Sequence record: DRR378314_843
Length of the DNA stretch: 61,234 bases
Direction: 5' to 3' (one strand)
Part shown: positions 59,452 to 61,234 of the stretch, one piece after another
Position numbering within the stretch: the first letter of the stretch is position 1
Layout of the letters: the number at the start of each line of letters is the position of its first letter
The notes under the pieces: model-generated
Database searches by the model: none
Told to the model about the DNA's origin: nothing
What the model saw: only the letters and a program-made list of their open reading frames with translations
Position numbers and translations under genes: made by a program

Positions 59452-59711
59452 GTCCGCTCCCTGATTTAGCCACACGTTGATTCGGTATCACTTGTGCTCA
59501 ATAGAGCAACATCATTTGTCCATCGCGGCAAATCAGCTCTTCCTGGCAGTTCGGCGTGCCGCACAGGTCCGTGTAACTGACTCAAGAAGCGCAGTGCACA
59601 TAGCATCGGCTTGGAACTCCTCGAAAAATCCACGCGACCCTATTTGCTTTAAAGTATGAATTGGGCTTTTTCTGTTTCTCACCGATGGTGTTGGGGAGTT
59701 TTTGAAGGGAA

Positions 59712-61130
59712 TTGAGACTGTTGGACAATGGATTCAGTGACGATGTGCCGGAAAGGTTCACGCCTAGCGAACGAAACGTTGCGACCGCACTTTTTTCGAG
59801 TGGAGTATATTCCTTCGCAGAATGGTCATCCGTGGTGGATCGCGAACTGAGTAGCGACTTCTTGCTATGGATGATTTCCGATCAAACCATTTCGCATCCG
59901 GTCTTGTGCATCGAACGCGCAATATTTCCCGAGGATGTAACATTGCGTGCCTACAGGAGCGAGAAACACTTTGAGTTTATTGATTGCAGGTTTCACGGCA
60001 AACTAGACTTCCGCCACATCCGACTACGGCAACTTGTTTTAAACAAGAGCGAATTCAAACAAGCCCTACGATTGAATGGTGCTCAATTGTCTCGCGGCAT
60101 CATCGCAAATAATGCGAAATTTGAAGAGTTGGTTCTTCAAGCAGCAGAGTTAGATGGCAACCTTGAACTAAGTGGCTCAAAGGTAAACCGGCCAATACGA
60201 GCATATCAGCTCCAGGTGAAAAAAAGTCTATTCATCCGAGACGGTGCCGAAATAAATGGCGCAAATCTAATTGGCGCTACCATCGGCACTCATTGCCAGT
60301 TCAGGGCAGCGACGATATCGGGCAATTTAGACTTAACAGGAGCTACGGTTCGCGGAGAGCTCCAGTTCGGGCACCCAGACTACGAAGCAATTCGATGGAT
60401 TGAGAATGCCGAACTATCACTTCGTAATGTAAAGGCCCGGTTCTTTGGCGCGCAACTCCGAGACTTTCAAATAGGCAGAGACTACATCCCGGCTGATCTT
60501 ACAGGATTGAGTTTTGAAGAGTTTGCTAGAGTTGGAGACTCGAACACGTCATCCATCGCCAACGAGCCTGCGCGCTCAATTCTAACTTGGTTAAAATACT
60601 CTGCGAAAAAGCGGACACGTTTCGATCCAAGGCCATATTTAACGGTGGCTAACGCTCTAGAACGAGCAGGCGAGTTGAGAACGGCTAAGAAGATCAAGAT
60701 TGGTCTAGGATGGAAAGATACGTTCCGGTCAAATTCTCCACCGCTTACGAGAATAGGTAAGATTCTGTCGGGCCTTTTCATTGGTTTCGGCCATGCTCCA
60801 TCAAGAGCTCTAAGCCTGTTCTTCTTACTCCTCGGCCTAGGTTTTCTCCACGGCTACCTTCTTATGTCCGAGGGTAAGTTCGATTGGATCGGCTCAGAAA
60901 AGTCGATCGCTGCTGTCCGCTTGTCACTTGAAAACTCAGCACCGCTGATTGCCTTCAACAACGGTGTGGAAACGAGCGGATGCTCAATTCATCAGGATCA
61001 AAATTGCATTCCTCTAAATGAGATTAGCGCTTTGCTCTTTGATGTACAAAAGGTGTTGTCGTTGGTGTTAGCCAGCTACTTCATCGCCGCAATTACCGGG
61101 TTCGCCTCGGTCAGTGCTCGCCGAGAATAA
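59712..61130 (+). CDS. Beta-helix/pentapeptide-like repeat protein with a C-terminal membrane (channel-like) domain
   Basis: Repeats LRLNGAQL, LELSGSKV, ANLIGATI and LDLTGATV; PYL.VA..L...G; GFGHAPSRAL followed by TM, SLENSAPLI and a second TM. Confidence 0.75.
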   Translation: MRLLDNGFSDDVPERFTPSERNVATALFSSGVYSFAEWSSVVDRELSSDFLLWMISDQTISHPVLCIERAIFPEDVTLRAYRSEKHFEFIDCRFHGKLDFRHIRLRQLVLNKSEFKQALRLNGAQLSRGIIANNAKFEELVLQAAELDGNLELSGSKVNRPIRAYQLQVKKSLFIRDGAEINGANLIGATIGTHCQFRAATISGNLDLTGATVRGELQFGHPDYEAIRWIENAELSLRNVKARFFGAQLRDFQIGRDYIPADLTGLSFEEFARVGDSNTSSIANEPARSILTWLKYSAKKRTRFDPRPYLTVANALERAGELRTAKKIKIGLGWKDTFRSNSPPLTRIGKILSGLFIGFGHAPSRALSLFFLLLGLGFLHGYLLMSEGKFDWIGSEKSIAAVRLSLENSAPLIAFNNGVETSGCSIHQDQNCIPLNEISALLFDVQKVLSLVLASYFIAAITGFASVSARRE

Positions 61131-61138
61131 TTTCTGTC

Positions 61139-61155
61139 AGACATCACTATACCCC
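61139..61155 (-). repeat. Right terminal inverted repeat AGACATCACTATACCCC
   Basis: Perfect reverse complement of 46377-46393. Confidence 0.92.
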
Positions 61156-61169
61156 CCTGCGCAGGCAGG
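61156..61169 (+). repeat. Right target-site duplication CCTGCGCAGGCAGG
   Basis: Identical to 46363-46376. Confidence 0.85.
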
Positions 61170-61201
61170 GGCCCATCTCTGAAAGTTCGTCTCTCGCCAG
61201 T

Positions 61202-61227
61202 TCGTCCTTCGACTTCGCTCAGGATGA
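61202..61227. repeat. REP-like palindrome TCGTCCTTCGACTTCGCTCAGGATGA
   Basis: Imperfect hairpin. The reverse strand TCATCCTGAGCGAAGTCGAAGGA resembles a common bacterial extragenic repeat as I recall it. Confidence 0.5.
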
Positions 61228-61234
61228 GTCTGGT

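Larger units (their letters stand above)
46377..61155. mobile_element. Casposon (Cas1/PolB self-synthesizing transposon), ~14.8 kb, apparently complete
   Basis: TIRs, TSD, solo cas1, PolB, HNH and HTH genes. Visibly more AT-rich than the host DNA. No cas2 and no CRISPR array. Confidence 0.93.

Noticed and set aside
53350-59711. CRISPR-Cas locus around cas1
   Set aside because: No cas2 or effector cas genes, and no repeat-spacer array in any intergenic gap. The two 18-bp repeats at 53409 and 53468 are too short, too few and imperfect.
46377-61155. Pipolin, prophage or IS/composite transposon interpretation
   Set aside because: No tyrosine/serine recombinase, DDE transposase or virion genes were seen. 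The ends are TIRs with a TSD, and Cas1 is the only integrase candidate.

Overview
Alphaproteobacterial chromosome segment. Gene content (rcdA, TrcR/DUF1013, ffh leader, ROSE element) suggests Hyphomonadaceae/Caulobacterales, which is an inference. Bases 1-~46,360 are high-GC housekeeping DNA: ftsY, mtaB, dapF, asd, leuB/D/C, cysK, an interrupted ffh-rpsP-rimM-trmD-rplS cluster, gpmA, a small heat-shock gene, ppa, carbonic anhydrase, rcdA and trcR. The last ~15 kb is an apparently complete casposon (46377-61155, 14,779 bp). It has 17-bp perfect terminal inverted repeats (GGGGTATAGTGATGTCT) and a ~14-bp target-site duplication (CCTGCGCAGGCAGG). Its core is a solo Cas1 with no cas2 or CRISPR array, a proofreading family-B DNA polymerase whose spacing looks like protein-primed/primer-independent PolBs, an HNH nuclease and two HTH-like proteins. 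It also carries large cargo genes that look like possible anti-phage defence proteins. The element inserted symmetrically into a REP-like palindrome that resembles a CRISPR repeat core, and the palindrome is regenerated at both junctions. Smaller observations: a TGG>TGA nonsense change in a TIGR03084-like gene, a 51-aa lipoprotein missing from the ORF track, and a likely degenerate AGE-epimerase paralogue. All calls come from reading motifs by eye; no database searches were run.
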